DNA from: an uncultured archaeon
Lineage (GTDB): Archaea; Asgardarchaeota; Jordiarchaeia; Jordiarchaeales; Jordiarchaeaceae
DNA length: 32,000 bases
Direction of reading: 5' to 3'
Assembly: GCA_964510585.1 (NCBI GenBank)
Contig: CAZECW010000150.1
Location: 4,239-36,238 of the forward strand
A program made the position numbers and the translations under genes. This document shows, piece after piece, positions 10,198 to 20,017 of this stretch (its first letter is position 1; each line of letters opens with the position of its first letter). The notes under the pieces are model-generated. The model made no database searches, was not told the DNA's origin, and worked only from the letters and a program-made list of their open reading frames with translations.

Positions 10198-10367
10198 TTT
10201 TTCAGGTTATGGTTTTGAGTGTCTCTGTAAGTAGCTTTATAGTGTTTTCCACATCCCTCAGATCCACCACCTCTACTGGTGAGTGGGTGTATCTTAAGGG
10301 TACACACAGGGGGCAGGTGGCGACTCCTTCGCGGGCGAGCTGTACTGCAGCTCCGTCTGTGGAGCCC
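10198..10367. repeat. Direct repeat copy (intact 3' end of M42 peptidase) matching 3489-3670
   Basis: Direct sequence comparison. Confidence 0.92.
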
Positions 10368-11239
10368 ATAGCTACTGCCAGTTGGTAGGGGATGTTCATT
10401 TTTTCAGCGGTTTCAATTAGCATTTCTCTGGGCTGCCTATCTGAAACGAATCTCACGTCCACTGCTCGGATTACTGGCCCTTTTCCTAATTCTATGGTTG
10501 TAGTGTAGGGCTTTACTCCCGGGAAATCTGCTGCGCCTGTGGTATCTATCGGGAATGCGATTTCTGGCTTTAGGCTGTAGGCAGATACCGTAGCTCCTCT
10601 TAGTCCTCTTTCTTCTTCTACAGTGAAGGAGTAAAGTAAGTCTGCTGCGATTTCTTGGTCTTTTAGTCTCTTTATGCATTCTATTGCCACGAGGCAGCCT
10701 ATCCTGTCATCGAAGGCTTTACCACAGATGCGGCTTCCTAAAAGTTCATCTAGGCCTCTGTGGAGAGTTATTGGGTCAACCACTCTCACTCCTGCTTCCA
10801 TGGCCTCTTCCCTGCTTGATGCGCCGATGTCGATGAACAAGTTTTCAGCTGGAATCACCTTATCTCGCTCCTTATCGGTGGTGAAGTGTGGTGGGATGAT
10901 GCCTATGCTGCCTTTAATTTTTCCTTTTCTTGTGTGAATGATGACTCTCTGCGCCGGAAGAACTCTGTTATCTATTCCCCCCAAAACTTCAAATCTTATA
11001 AACCCCTTATCATCAATGGCTTTTACGACGAGCCCCACTTCGTCCATATGTGCGTCAACTAGAACCCTTGCGGCTCCCTTTCCCTGAACTTGGGCTAAAA
11101 CGTTTCCCAGTCGGTCAACCTTAACCTCATCTACATAGTCCTCAATTTTGGAAACAATAAGTTGAGCTATTTCTGTTTCAAAACCGGAAACTCCAGGGGT
11201 AGATATTAATTCTTTTATTAGTGGAATCAATTCACTCAT
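10202..11239 (-). CDS. M42 family metallopeptidase (TET-like aminopeptidase)
   Basis: DAHMDEVG, GKAFDDRIG, TVEEERGLRGA, GSTDG, RYTHSPVE. Confidence 0.93.
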   Translation of the reverse strand: MSELIPLIKELISTPGVSGFETEIAQLIVSKIEDYVDEVKVDRLGNVLAQVQGKGAARVLVDAHMDEVGLVVKAIDDKGFIRFEVLGGIDNRVLPAQRVIIHTRKGKIKGSIGIIPPHFTTDKERDKVIPAENLFIDIGASSREEAMEAGVRVVDPITLHRGLDELLGSRICGKAFDDRIGCLVAIECIKRLKDQEIAADLLYSFTVEEERGLRGATVSAYSLKPEIAFPIDTTGAADFPGVKPYTTTIELGKGPVIRAVDVRFVSDRQPREMLIETAEKMNIPYQLAVAMGSTDGAAVQLAREGVATCPLCVPLRYTHSPVEVVDLRDVENTIKLLTETLKTIT

Positions 11240-11397
11240 TTACTATTCCTCTCATACGATGTGCTTAACCTATTTAAATCGGGACTCACACATTTATAGA
11301 TTGTTTTCCACTTCATAATAAGAATATTTGAAGGCTCTCTATTTTCTTATCTATAACAAATTTAACTAAGTGGGCTGCTCCAAAAGAAAGAGTTTTA

Positions 11398-12231
11398 ATG
11401 ACGGTATGTGGAGTATTCTTAGGGATTATTATGGGAGATGGTAGAAGTTCTGGAGCGGGATTGGTGCTCTGTTTAACCATTTTGGGATTTGCAGTGTGTT
11501 TACTTTTTGCCCTCTGGCCGCTGGCATTTATCATACTCTTTTTGGGACTGGTTACCTTCTGCGCCTTGGAATCTAGTAGAAAAGGAACAGTGCCAAGAAC
11601 ACCACAGGATACAAGGCCGAGGAGGTACGAAGTAAGAACTCCACCCACCCCCACCACTGAGGAATATCGCCGCCCCTATTTTAGGGAAACTCCCGAAAAA
11701 CCACAAGTAAAAGTTCCAGTGAAGTATGATGAAGAAGTAACCGCATATGACAGGGCGATTGAAAGAGCCCCGGAGGCAGAGACCGTTGACCTTAGTAGAA
11801 AAGGGGTATATCGTTGGGGGGAGCTGGAAAAAGCCGAGACTTCGACTTTAAGTGAGACTGCTCTGAGGGGAGAGCCTCCTTATGGGGGAGCCGAGGAAGA
11901 AAGCGATTTGTATGGATTAAAAGAAAAATTGGAAAGCACCAAAGCCAAATATAGGTCAATGAGCTACGGAACCGAAGCGGCAGAAAAAGCTAAAAAAGAA
12001 GTCAAAATGCCATCCGTTCCAGAGAAGACACAGGAACAAGAAGATTTAGAGAGTCAAGAGGAGGCAAACCGAATCCTACTGGAAGAATTGAAAAAACGTT
12101 GGATGTCTGGAAAAATAGATGTTGCTATGTACAATAAACTCAAAGAGAAGTACGAAAAGAAAATCGCAGAAATAGAAAAACAGAAGAAAAAAATAGCAAA
12201 AAACAGCTCAACACAAGCCAGCACAAAGTAA
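11398..12231 (+). CDS. Membrane protein with low-complexity linker and C-terminal SHOCT-like/coiled-coil domain
   Basis: Two N-terminal hydrophobic helices; LEELKKRWMSGKIDVAMYNKLKEKY C-terminal motif. Confidence 0.6.
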   Translation: MTVCGVFLGIIMGDGRSSGAGLVLCLTILGFAVCLLFALWPLAFIILFLGLVTFCALESSRKGTVPRTPQDTRPRRYEVRTPPTPTTEEYRRPYFRETPEKPQVKVPVKYDEEVTAYDRAIERAPEAETVDLSRKGVYRWGELEKAETSTLSETALRGEPPYGGAEEESDLYGLKEKLESTKAKYRSMSYGTEAAEKAKKEVKMPSVPEKTQEQEDLESQEEANRILLEELKKRWMSGKIDVAMYNKLKEKYEKKIAEIEKQKKKIAKNSSTQASTK

Positions 12232-12535
12232 ATATTTTTATGGATTTCTGGTGCAACAAACTCTTCAGATTAACTGCCAAAATTAGGCCCTGAACTTGAG
12301 GCTTTAATACCTACCTTAAAGGACACCCCTAACCAAAAAGTACGCATCCAACAGAGAAACGTACCCACTAAAAATTGCTATAAACATAATCAAACCGTAA
12401 AGAATTGGCCCCGTCTAGTCGTGCCAGTTTACATCAATCCTAAAACTTTTGCTGAAACTTGGTGAAAAGATTATAAACCTGATGTTTATACTGATAAAGC
12501 CGTCCTAAATAAGTTTAATAGTGGTGCGATAAAAA

Positions 12536-13789
12536 ATGGGCAAACTGGCAAGAGGAGTAGCGCTCATAGGAGCGGGAATGTCAAAATTTGGAGCATTCCC
12601 CGATAAAACTGGAAGAGAACTATTCGTAGAAGCATACATTGATGCACTAAACTCCGTAGACAAAGGAATAGATAACAAGGATATAGAGGCCATGTTCCTA
12701 GGAAATTTCTCAAGCGACATCTTTGAGGGGCAGGGACATAACGGCCCACTGATGGCTGACTGGGTAGGCTTAACACCCAAACCCGTAACCAGAACAGAGG
12801 GAGCCTGCGCCAGCAGCGGCATCGCCATAAGAGCTGGAATACTGGCTATCGCCTCTGGATTACATGACGTGGTGTGTGTTTCTGGGATGGAAAAAATGAC
12901 CGATCTTCCGACTTCTAGGGTAACTGACGCACTTGCTGCGGCTAGCGATGTTTCATACGAGTTTCCAGCAGGAGCCACCTTCCCGGGACTATACGCAGCC
13001 ATAGCCACAGCACACATGAAAAAGTACGGGACAACCATAAGACAACTTCGAATGGTGGGCATTAAAAACCACAACAACGGAAAACTAAACCCCAAAGCGC
13101 AGTTCCCCATTACCATAAAGGAGCTAATGGAAAGGAGAATAGCGAAATTAAAAGAGAAGGGGGAGCCTGTCCCCTCTTGGAGGGACGAAATGGACTTCCT
13201 TGAAGACCCTGTTTCAAACCCCATAGTAGCATGGCCACTAAGACTCTATGACTGTTCACCTATAACTGATGGCGCGGCAGTATTATTCCTAGCTGCCGAG
13301 GAAGTGGCCAAAAAATTCACCGATACTCCCATACATATAATAGGCACAGGTCAAGGAAGCGCTCCATTCGCCCTACACAACAGGCCAGACATCACATCCC
13401 TAATTTCAGCTAGGGAAGCGGCAAAGATGGCATACAAGATGGCTGGAGTGGACCCCAAAGATATACAGGTGGCTGAAGTTCATGATTGTTTCACAATTGC
13501 AGAAATAGTGGCAACCGAAGACCTGGGATTCTTTAAACCAGGCGAAGGTGGAAAAGCCGCTGAGGAGGGGTTAACAGCACGCGACGGAGAAAAACCCATA
13601 AACACCTCTGGGGGACTAAAATCTAAAGGGCATCCTGTAGGTGCAAGTGGGGCGGCTCAAGCTGTCGAGATTTGGAAGCAGCTCCGGGGCGAAGCGGGTC
13701 CAAGACAAGTTCCCGGTGTAGAGCTAGGGCTTACCCACAATGTGGGTGGAACTGGAGCCACCTGTGCGGTGCATATTTACAGGAGGTAA
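12536..13789 (+). CDS. Archaeal thiolase (acetyl-CoA acyltransferase)
   Basis: EGACASSG, DCSPITDGAA, AEVHDCFT, GGLKSKGHPVGASG, THNVGG. Confidence 0.93.
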   Translation: MGKLARGVALIGAGMSKFGAFPDKTGRELFVEAYIDALNSVDKGIDNKDIEAMFLGNFSSDIFEGQGHNGPLMADWVGLTPKPVTRTEGACASSGIAIRAGILAIASGLHDVVCVSGMEKMTDLPTSRVTDALAAASDVSYEFPAGATFPGLYAAIATAHMKKYGTTIRQLRMVGIKNHNNGKLNPKAQFPITIKELMERRIAKLKEKGEPVPSWRDEMDFLEDPVSNPIVAWPLRLYDCSPITDGAAVLFLAAEEVAKKFTDTPIHIIGTGQGSAPFALHNRPDITSLISAREAAKMAYKMAGVDPKDIQVAEVHDCFTIAEIVATEDLGFFKPGEGGKAAEEGLTARDGEKPINTSGGLKSKGHPVGASGAAQAVEIWKQLRGEAGPRQVPGVELGLTHNVGGTGATCAVHIYRR

Positions 13790-13793
13790 AAAA

Positions 13794-14195
13794 ATGTTGG
13801 TTCCCGAGGCTTCTGTAAAATCGTTTTACAATTTTCTCAAAGAAAAGAAAATTATGGGTACCAAGTGCAAGGACTGCGGTGAAGTATACCTGCCCCCCAG
13901 ACCATTATGTCCCAAGTGCATAAAGTCAAATCTGGAGTGGGTGGAACTTGAGGGCAAAGGGAAACTAGTGGCCTTTACCTCAATAGCTGTGGCTCCAACA
14001 CACATGCTGAATGCAGGGCACTCAAGAGACAACCCATACGTGTACGGCGTGGTCAAACTGGATTCTGGACCGAGCATAAGTGGACTCATTCTTGTGGACG
14101 CTAAGAACCCAGAAAAAATAGAAATAGGTACCCGAGTCACTGCAGAATTCGTTAAGAGAGACGATAGGGTGATTTTAGGATTTAAACCCCCTTAA
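13794..14195 (+). CDS. DUF35 zinc-ribbon/OB-fold thiolase partner
   Basis: CKDCGEVYLPPRPLCPKC, GKLVAFT; AGGAGG RBS before ATG 13794; directly after the thiolase. Confidence 0.9.
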   Translation: MLVPEASVKSFYNFLKEKKIMGTKCKDCGEVYLPPRPLCPKCIKSNLEWVELEGKGKLVAFTSIAVAPTHMLNAGHSRDNPYVYGVVKLDSGPSISGLILVDAKNPEKIEIGTRVTAEFVKRDDRVILGFKPP

Positions 14196-14440
14196 ACCTC
14201 TTTCCTTTCTATTTATTTTTCTTCGGGTTAACGTTTGTTGGAGTGTAAATAGTTTAAAGTCAGCTCACATTGAATTCTTCAGTAAAGTTTATAATGAAAT
14301 CAAGCTTCACTTCTTTGTTTATGCTTAAAAATTTTTGCAGATTAAATATATAATATAGAGTTTCAAAACTTGTGAAGAATACATTCGAACAGTATTTGTA
14401 CAATTAACCTTCAAACGCGGCTTAGAGGTGTGATTTAAAA

Positions 14441-15598
14441 ATGAATTTTGACCTAACCGAAGAACAGGAAATGATAAGGCAGACTGTTCAGGAATTTGCT
14501 CAAAAGGAACTAATACCTAAAGTCAACGAAGCAGAAGAAAAGGGTGAATTTCCTAGGGAAGTCATAAAAAAGGCGGCAGACCTAGGCTTCCTAGGAGCAA
14601 CAATACCCCCCGAATACGGAGGGTCGGGAGTAGACAGTATTAGCGCAGCAATCCTCATAGAGGAGCTCTCCCGCGCATGGACTTCCATCGGAACAATAGT
14701 TCACGTTCACAACTCGGTATGCTGCTGGCCAATTAACCACTTCGGCACAGAGGAACAGAAAAAAAGGTATCTCCCAAAACTTGCCAAAGGGGAAATCATT
14801 GGAGCATTCAGCCTAACTGAGCCGGAAGCTGGTAGTGATGCTTCAAACGTAAAAACCACAGCAGTACTTGATGGAGATGAGTGGGTTATAAATGGCTCCA
14901 AACAGTGGATAACAAATGGACTGGTGGCTGGAGTCTTCCTAGTCTTCGCAGTAACAGACGGTGCAACCGGTGATCCAAAGAGGAAACCCATAAGCGTTCT
15001 GATAGTTGATAGGAATACCCCAGGGCTCAAGATTGGCAAGCCCGAGAGAAAGATGGGAATACACTGCTCTGAGACCGCCAAGTCTCTTACCTTCGAAGAC
15101 TGTAGAATACCAAAAGAGAATGTACTAGGCAAAGTGGGTGAAGGATACAGGGTGGGCATGATCACACTTGACCAAGCCAGAATCGGCATCGCTGCTCAAG
15201 GTGTAGGGGTAGCCCAAGCAGCCCTTGATGAGGCTCTAAAATACTCTCAGCAGAGGGTTCAATTCGGCCAACCCATAGCAAGATTCCAAGCCATACAATG
15301 GATGCTGGCTGAGATGGCCACAGAAATAGAAGCAGCACGCCTACTGACCTACAAAGCAGCTTACCTCAAGGACAAGGGCGAAAGAATTTCTATGGAGGCA
15401 GCTATGGCAAAACTTGCAGGAGGAGAAATCGCCATGAAAGCCGCAAATATGGCCCTACAAATTCACGGCGGATTCGGATACGTCAAAGACTACCCAATTG
15501 AGAGAATCTTCAGAGACGCAAAAATAATAGGAATATACGAAGGCACTAACGAAATACAAAAATTAAGAATTGCCGGCGAACTACTAAAGGGTAAATGA
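14441..15598 (+). CDS. Acyl-CoA dehydrogenase (butyryl-CoA/short-chain type)
   Basis: FSLTEPEAGSDA, NGSKQWITNG, RVQFGQPIARFQAIQ, QIHGGFGY, IYEGTNEIQK. Confidence 0.95.
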   Translation: MNFDLTEEQEMIRQTVQEFAQKELIPKVNEAEEKGEFPREVIKKAADLGFLGATIPPEYGGSGVDSISAAILIEELSRAWTSIGTIVHVHNSVCCWPINHFGTEEQKKRYLPKLAKGEIIGAFSLTEPEAGSDASNVKTTAVLDGDEWVINGSKQWITNGLVAGVFLVFAVTDGATGDPKRKPISVLIVDRNTPGLKIGKPERKMGIHCSETAKSLTFEDCRIPKENVLGKVGEGYRVGMITLDQARIGIAAQGVGVAQAALDEALKYSQQRVQFGQPIARFQAIQWMLAEMATEIEAARLLTYKAAYLKDKGERISMEAAMAKLAGGEIAMKAANMALQIHGGFGYVKDYPIERIFRDAKIIGIYEGTNEIQKLRIAGELLKGK

Positions 15599-15816
15599 TA
15601 AACATTACCCTTATCTAAAATGAACTAGGAATGGGAAAAATGTCAATTTTTTCCCGCATTTCCTCGCAACAAATTCCTAATTTTTTTCAGAATCGTTGCC
15701 ATGAAAATATATTTCCATATTTATATCCGAAACGCTTCTAACATATGGGGGTTGTGGAAAAAGCCCCCCCAACTTAAAGTCGTAGAGAGTGCTAATAACC
15801 AACAAAACCAGAATTT

Positions 15817-17013
15817 TTAGTCTCCTCGAAGTCCTTTACGCAACTCTTTTTCTAGCTCTGGAACTATTTTGAATAGATCTCCAACCACACCATAGTTTGC
15901 TATTTTCAGAATGGGAGCATCAGGATCCTTATTAATGGCTACTATTATGTCTGAAGTTTGCATACCTACAAGATGCTGAATCATACCCGAAATTCCGACC
16001 GCAATGTAGAGTTTGGGAGCAACTGTCTTGCCGGTCTGGCCTACCTGATGCATATGGGGCAGCCAATTTTCATCTACTACCGGTCTTGAACAGCCCAAAG
16101 CGGCGTTGAGAGTCTTAGCTAGAGCTTCAACCACTGGTATGTTTTCTGGTTTTCCAATTCCGCGTCCGCAGGAAACTATAATGTCTGCTTCCTCTAGATT
16201 AACACCCTCCGAAACTTCCCTAACCACATTGACAACCTTAGCCCTAATGATTCTGGGGTTGATATTCGCTTCAACCCTAATAACTTCACCTTTTCTACTG
16301 GGGTCGGGTGGCGCTCTTTTCATAACGTTGGGTCGAACAGTAGCCATCTGGGGCCGCGTGTATCTTGAAAGAATTTGAGCCATAATATTGCCACCGAATG
16401 CAGGTCGAGTCTGTAAAAGCAAACCATCGTCAGTTATGTCTAAGCCTGTACAGTCTGCGGTTAAGCCGACCCTTAGTCTGGCTGCTACTCTGGGTGCTAG
16501 GTCGCGACCGTTAAGTGTGGCTCCATAAAGCACTATGGAAGGCTTATACTGGGATATTACTGCAGTGAGCAAAGTGGTGTAAGCGTCGCTATTGTATCTT
16601 TCGAGAAGTTCATTTTCAATTAAGTAAACTTTGTCTGCACCATGAGCGATAAGAGTGTCTGATAGGTTGGACACATTTTTTCCTATCAGAACTGCTGCGA
16701 GTTCCTGTCCCAGCTTGTCTGCTAGTTTTCTTCCTTCACTCAGGAGTTCCAGTGCCACGTTTTTTATTTTTCCTTCACTTTGCTCGGCATATACCCATAC
16801 TCCTTTATATTCCGCTAGGTTTATTTCTGCGCGTTTAGGTCTTTCAATAATTATGGCTTGGGCGGGGCAGGACTTTTCGCAGGCACCGCAAAGATTACAG
16901 GCTGCTGTTATTTGAGCTTTTTCGTTAACTACTTCAGCTGCGCCGAAGGGGCATATTGAGACGCAAACTTTACATCCAGTGCACTTATCTACTATAACTC
17001 GAATCATTTTCAC
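15817..17013 (-). CDS. etfA: Electron transfer flavoprotein alpha subunit with N-terminal 2x[4Fe-4S] ferredoxin domain
   Basis: CTGCKVCVSICP / CNLCGACEKSCP, then GLTADCT, TRPAFGG, QVGQTGKTV, GISGMIQH, AINKD. Confidence 0.92.
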   Translation of the reverse strand: MKMIRVIVDKCTGCKVCVSICPFGAAEVVNEKAQITAACNLCGACEKSCPAQAIIIERPKRAEINLAEYKGVWVYAEQSEGKIKNVALELLSEGRKLADKLGQELAAVLIGKNVSNLSDTLIAHGADKVYLIENELLERYNSDAYTTLLTAVISQYKPSIVLYGATLNGRDLAPRVAARLRVGLTADCTGLDITDDGLLLQTRPAFGGNIMAQILSRYTRPQMATVRPNVMKRAPPDPSRKGEVIRVEANINPRIIRAKVVNVVREVSEGVNLEEADIIVSCGRGIGKPENIPVVEALAKTLNAALGCSRPVVDENWLPHMHQVGQTGKTVAPKLYIAVGISGMIQHLVGMQTSDIIVAINKDPDAPILKIANYGVVGDLFKIVPELEKELRKGLRGD

Positions 17014-17831
17014 TTCACCTTTTCCCTGAGTTTCTTTATTATGGGTTCTTCAAGTAGTAGCTGGGCTAGTTTCTTGGCGGCGACCGCAGGATCCTCTTCC
17101 TTAATGATTATTCCGCCTCCTCTCTGTTTTGGGGTGAATATTCGCACAACCTCTGTGAAGGAGCCACTCAAACCGTATGACTGGGGTTCTCCCCCTATGC
17201 TTGCAAGGTTGAGTTCCTTAATTTCCTTCTTCTTGGCGAGCATTATTTCTCTGAGTGCCGGAATTCTAGGTTCATTTAAACCTTTAATAGCGGTCAAAAG
17301 GACTGGCAAGCGGCTTTCAATGACTTCGTAGCCTTCCTCAGTTTCCCTATGAACCGTTATTCGTTTTTTCTCTGTATCGATTTCAACCTTCTTAACATAA
17401 GTGATGGGAGTTATTCCCAAGTTCTCAGCCAGTTCTGGTCCTACTTGGGCCGTGTCGCCATCAATTGCTCTTGCTCCACATAATATTAAATCGTACTCCA
17501 TTTTTTTAATTGCCTGGGCAAGTGTGTAGGCGGTCGCCCAAGTATCCGAACCAGCGAATGCTCTATCTGTAAGCAGAATTCCTTTATCTGCACCCATCGC
17601 TAAACATCTCAAGAGCGCCTGTCTAGCTTGTGGCGGACCCATTGTTATCACTGTAACTTCTCCTCCATGTTTTTCTTTTAGCCTCACCGCTTCTTCCACA
17701 GCAATTTCGTCGAATGGGTTAACAATAGAAGGTACTCCTTCACGTATTAGTGTATTAGTCTTGGGATCTATCTTGACTTCGGTGACTTCGGGCACCTGCT
17801 TAACACAAACTATTATCTTCATTTTTGCCAA
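17010..17831 (-). CDS. etfB: Electron transfer flavoprotein beta subunit
   Basis: IIVCVKQVP, NPFD, DRAFAGSDT, AIDGDTAQVGP. Confidence 0.93.
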   Translation of the reverse strand: MAKMKIIVCVKQVPEVTEVKIDPKTNTLIREGVPSIVNPFDEIAVEEAVRLKEKHGGEVTVITMGPPQARQALLRCLAMGADKGILLTDRAFAGSDTWATAYTLAQAIKKMEYDLILCGARAIDGDTAQVGPELAENLGITPITYVKKVEIDTEKKRITVHRETEEGYEVIESRLPVLLTAIKGLNEPRIPALREIMLAKKKEIKELNLASIGGEPQSYGLSGSFTEVVRIFTPKQRGGGIIIKEEDPAVAAKKLAQLLLEEPIIKKLREKVK

Positions 17832-18322
17832 TCCTCTATTACTCTCATCTATTTAACACGCCTGTCTAGGGTAAAAATTTCGGTGTTTTGCTATCCAATC
17901 CTTTTTTTCCAACTTAAAATTTTTGGAGGTTGTACAGTAATCACAACTCAGAAACTAACACCTTCTAGAAAATTTTAAAAATATAATACTCTAAAAACTC
18001 TTATACACTTCGCAACGGTAAATCTTCCCAGTGTTGTACTACCTTTAAGAAAAGCAGTTCAAATAAGGGTTCATTCCCCCGCAATCAGCTTTATCTAAAA
18101 AGCCCAAACAATTCGTCCTTTCTAAATAGAACTCTTACCACACCATTTTTATCACGCGATAAATGCATTCAAACCATAAATTTAAAAGATACAAATCTTC
18201 CAGCTTCCAACAGTAAAGAATAAATTTGCAAAGTTTTCATAAAATATCCTTAGATATGGACTAAACTTACAAAAAAGCACCCGAAGTAAAAGTAAAAGTA
18301 AAACATTCTAGGAGGAATAAAA

Positions 18323-18658
18323 ATACCGAAAATCACAGATAAATTCCTAATAAAAGAACTGGGAATCGACGACCTAAAAACCACAAAGAAGAAGATCATA
18401 GAAGCAGTGACCGAATTAGTCAACAGCTATGAAACCCTCTGGGACCTCCTGATGGGCTGCGTAAGAAGTCCAGAATGCAAAAAAGACCACGAATTAGAAA
18501 TAGCTGATGTCATCGAAGAAGCAATAGGCACCGACTGCGACAGCGTCCACGACTTAGAGGAAGAATACTACGAAGAGTACGAAGAGGAAGAAGAGGAAGA
18601 AGAAGAGGAAGAGTACGAAGAGGAAGAAGAGGAAGAAGACTACGGGGATGAGGAGTAA
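18323..18658 (+). CDS. Small protein with Cys/His cluster and very acidic C-terminal tail; probable ATA start
   Basis: Frame open back to TAA 18299; AGGAGG at 18310-18315 precedes ATA 18323; CVRSPECKKDH...DCDSVH then poly-E. Confidence 0.65.
   Translation: MPKITDKFLIKELGIDDLKTTKKKIIEAVTELVNSYETLWDLLMGCVRSPECKKDHELEIADVIEEAIGTDCDSVHDLEEEYYEEYEEEEEEEEEEEYEEEEEEEDYGDEE
18572..18639 (+). repeat. Tandem duplication (32-nt unit, 36-nt period) in poly-Glu coding tract
   Basis: gaagagtacgaagaggaagaagaggaagaaga at 18572 and 18608. Confidence 0.8.
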
Positions 18659-18728
18659 ACTACTTTCTTTTAATTTTTTATGAGTGCTAATTTTTCTCGA
18701 TATTTAACTCATGTGTTTGGACTACAAA

Positions 18729-19964
18729 TTATGTAACCTCTGGTTTTGTTTCATGTTCACAATATTCGTCTCCTTTGGCAACACATTTTACTTCCTGTGT
18801 TGAGCACTTCCTTCCAGTTAGTATTTCGTAGAGTCCGGATATTATTCCGCTAAACCAGAATCCTATGGGTTTTCCAAAGTTTTGGAATTGGTTGCATATG
18901 GGGGAGTTTAAATGTTTTGTGCGGAGCATGTTAGTTGTATCATTGAGTTCGCCAATGAATCGGCCGAATCCTCTTAGTGAATTAAATTTAGTGTATATTG
19001 GTATCGCTTCGCTTAGACTTGGTTTGAATTGTCTCATGAAGTCTTCAACCACTACTCTGCTTCTCTTTTTGCCTTGATTGTAGATTATTTTGTACGTTTC
19101 TTCGTAGCCGAATTTTTCTATCATGGTCTTGATAAATTGTGCCATGTATCTGGTTTCACTTATAATCACTCTTGCACCTAAAAGTTCAACCACACCTCTT
19201 TCAGGCATCTTTAGGTGTTGCTTCATTCTGTGAAATTCTTCCATTATTTCTGTGCTTAATTCGATTCCTCTTCTCCCCACATTATAGAGAATGAGGTCGT
19301 CTACATAGTCCAGTGTGGGTGATTTGGAGACTCTGAGAAATCTTTTATAACTATTGTCCACCTCAAATATTTTAAGCTCAACAACATAATCAAAGATGTG
19401 CTTTAATGTGCTTATTATCGTGTCATCTAACATAGACTTGTTAAAAACGAAAAGCGATGTACCAAACTCACTTAGTAGAATCTTACTCTTGTATATCCAA
19501 TTAATAATTTTGTCTACATCCCTCCCTTTTGACAGCATAATGTTGCTCAAATAACACACATTAAAGCTATGCTCATATTTCTTCATGAATCGAATAGTCC
19601 CATGGAGATAAACGTCAAGATGAAGAATATCTCTTGGATCATCGATGATGAACTTTTCTTCGGATTGGAGTTTTTCGTACATGTTGGTGAAGCCGTCAAC
19701 CAGGAAAAACTTTTTTTCCTTCTCAAATTCTTCAAACCTAGAATTAAAAAACTTTAACCATTCCCTAATCCGCATTGGTGGTAAATCGAGGTCCAGAATT
19801 AATCCATAGTCTCCTTTTTTTAATCTAAAATCCATTATCTGCAAGGGCAAAATCTCACCCATAGTTCCGGTTTCAGTTAACAGTAGGACTTGGGCATTCT
19901 TCTCAAAACCGCCTCGTGTCAAAAAATCGAAGGCAGGAATGCCTGTACTTAACAACTCCATCAC
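18729..19964 (-). CDS. KaiC/RAD55-like (degenerate ATPase) domain fused to V4R domain, paralog 2
   Basis: LSTGIPAFDFLTRGGF, HIFDYVVEL, RFLRVSKS; C-terminal GFGRF, NSPIC, EVKCVAKGDEYCEH. Confidence 0.8.
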   Translation of the reverse strand: MMELLSTGIPAFDFLTRGGFEKNAQVLLLTETGTMGEILPLQIMDFRLKKGDYGLILDLDLPPMRIREWLKFFNSRFEEFEKEKKFFLVDGFTNMYEKLQSEEKFIIDDPRDILHLDVYLHGTIRFMKKYEHSFNVCYLSNIMLSKGRDVDKIINWIYKSKILLSEFGTSLFVFNKSMLDDTIISTLKHIFDYVVELKIFEVDNSYKRFLRVSKSPTLDYVDDLILYNVGRRGIELSTEIMEEFHRMKQHLKMPERGVVELLGARVIISETRYMAQFIKTMIEKFGYEETYKIIYNQGKKRSRVVVEDFMRQFKPSLSEAIPIYTKFNSLRGFGRFIGELNDTTNMLRTKHLNSPICNQFQNFGKPIGFWFSGIISGLYEILTGRKCSTQEVKCVAKGDEYCEHETKPEVT

Positions 19965-20017
19965 TATTCACCCAGGAAGCAAGTAAAAACTCGAGCCTAC
20001 ATTTTCACCTATAGCTT

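Noticed and set aside
12505..13224. Long antisense ORFs (e.g. 12505-13224, 14707-15189, 1393-1848)
   Set aside because: Shadows of well-supported genes on the opposite strand.
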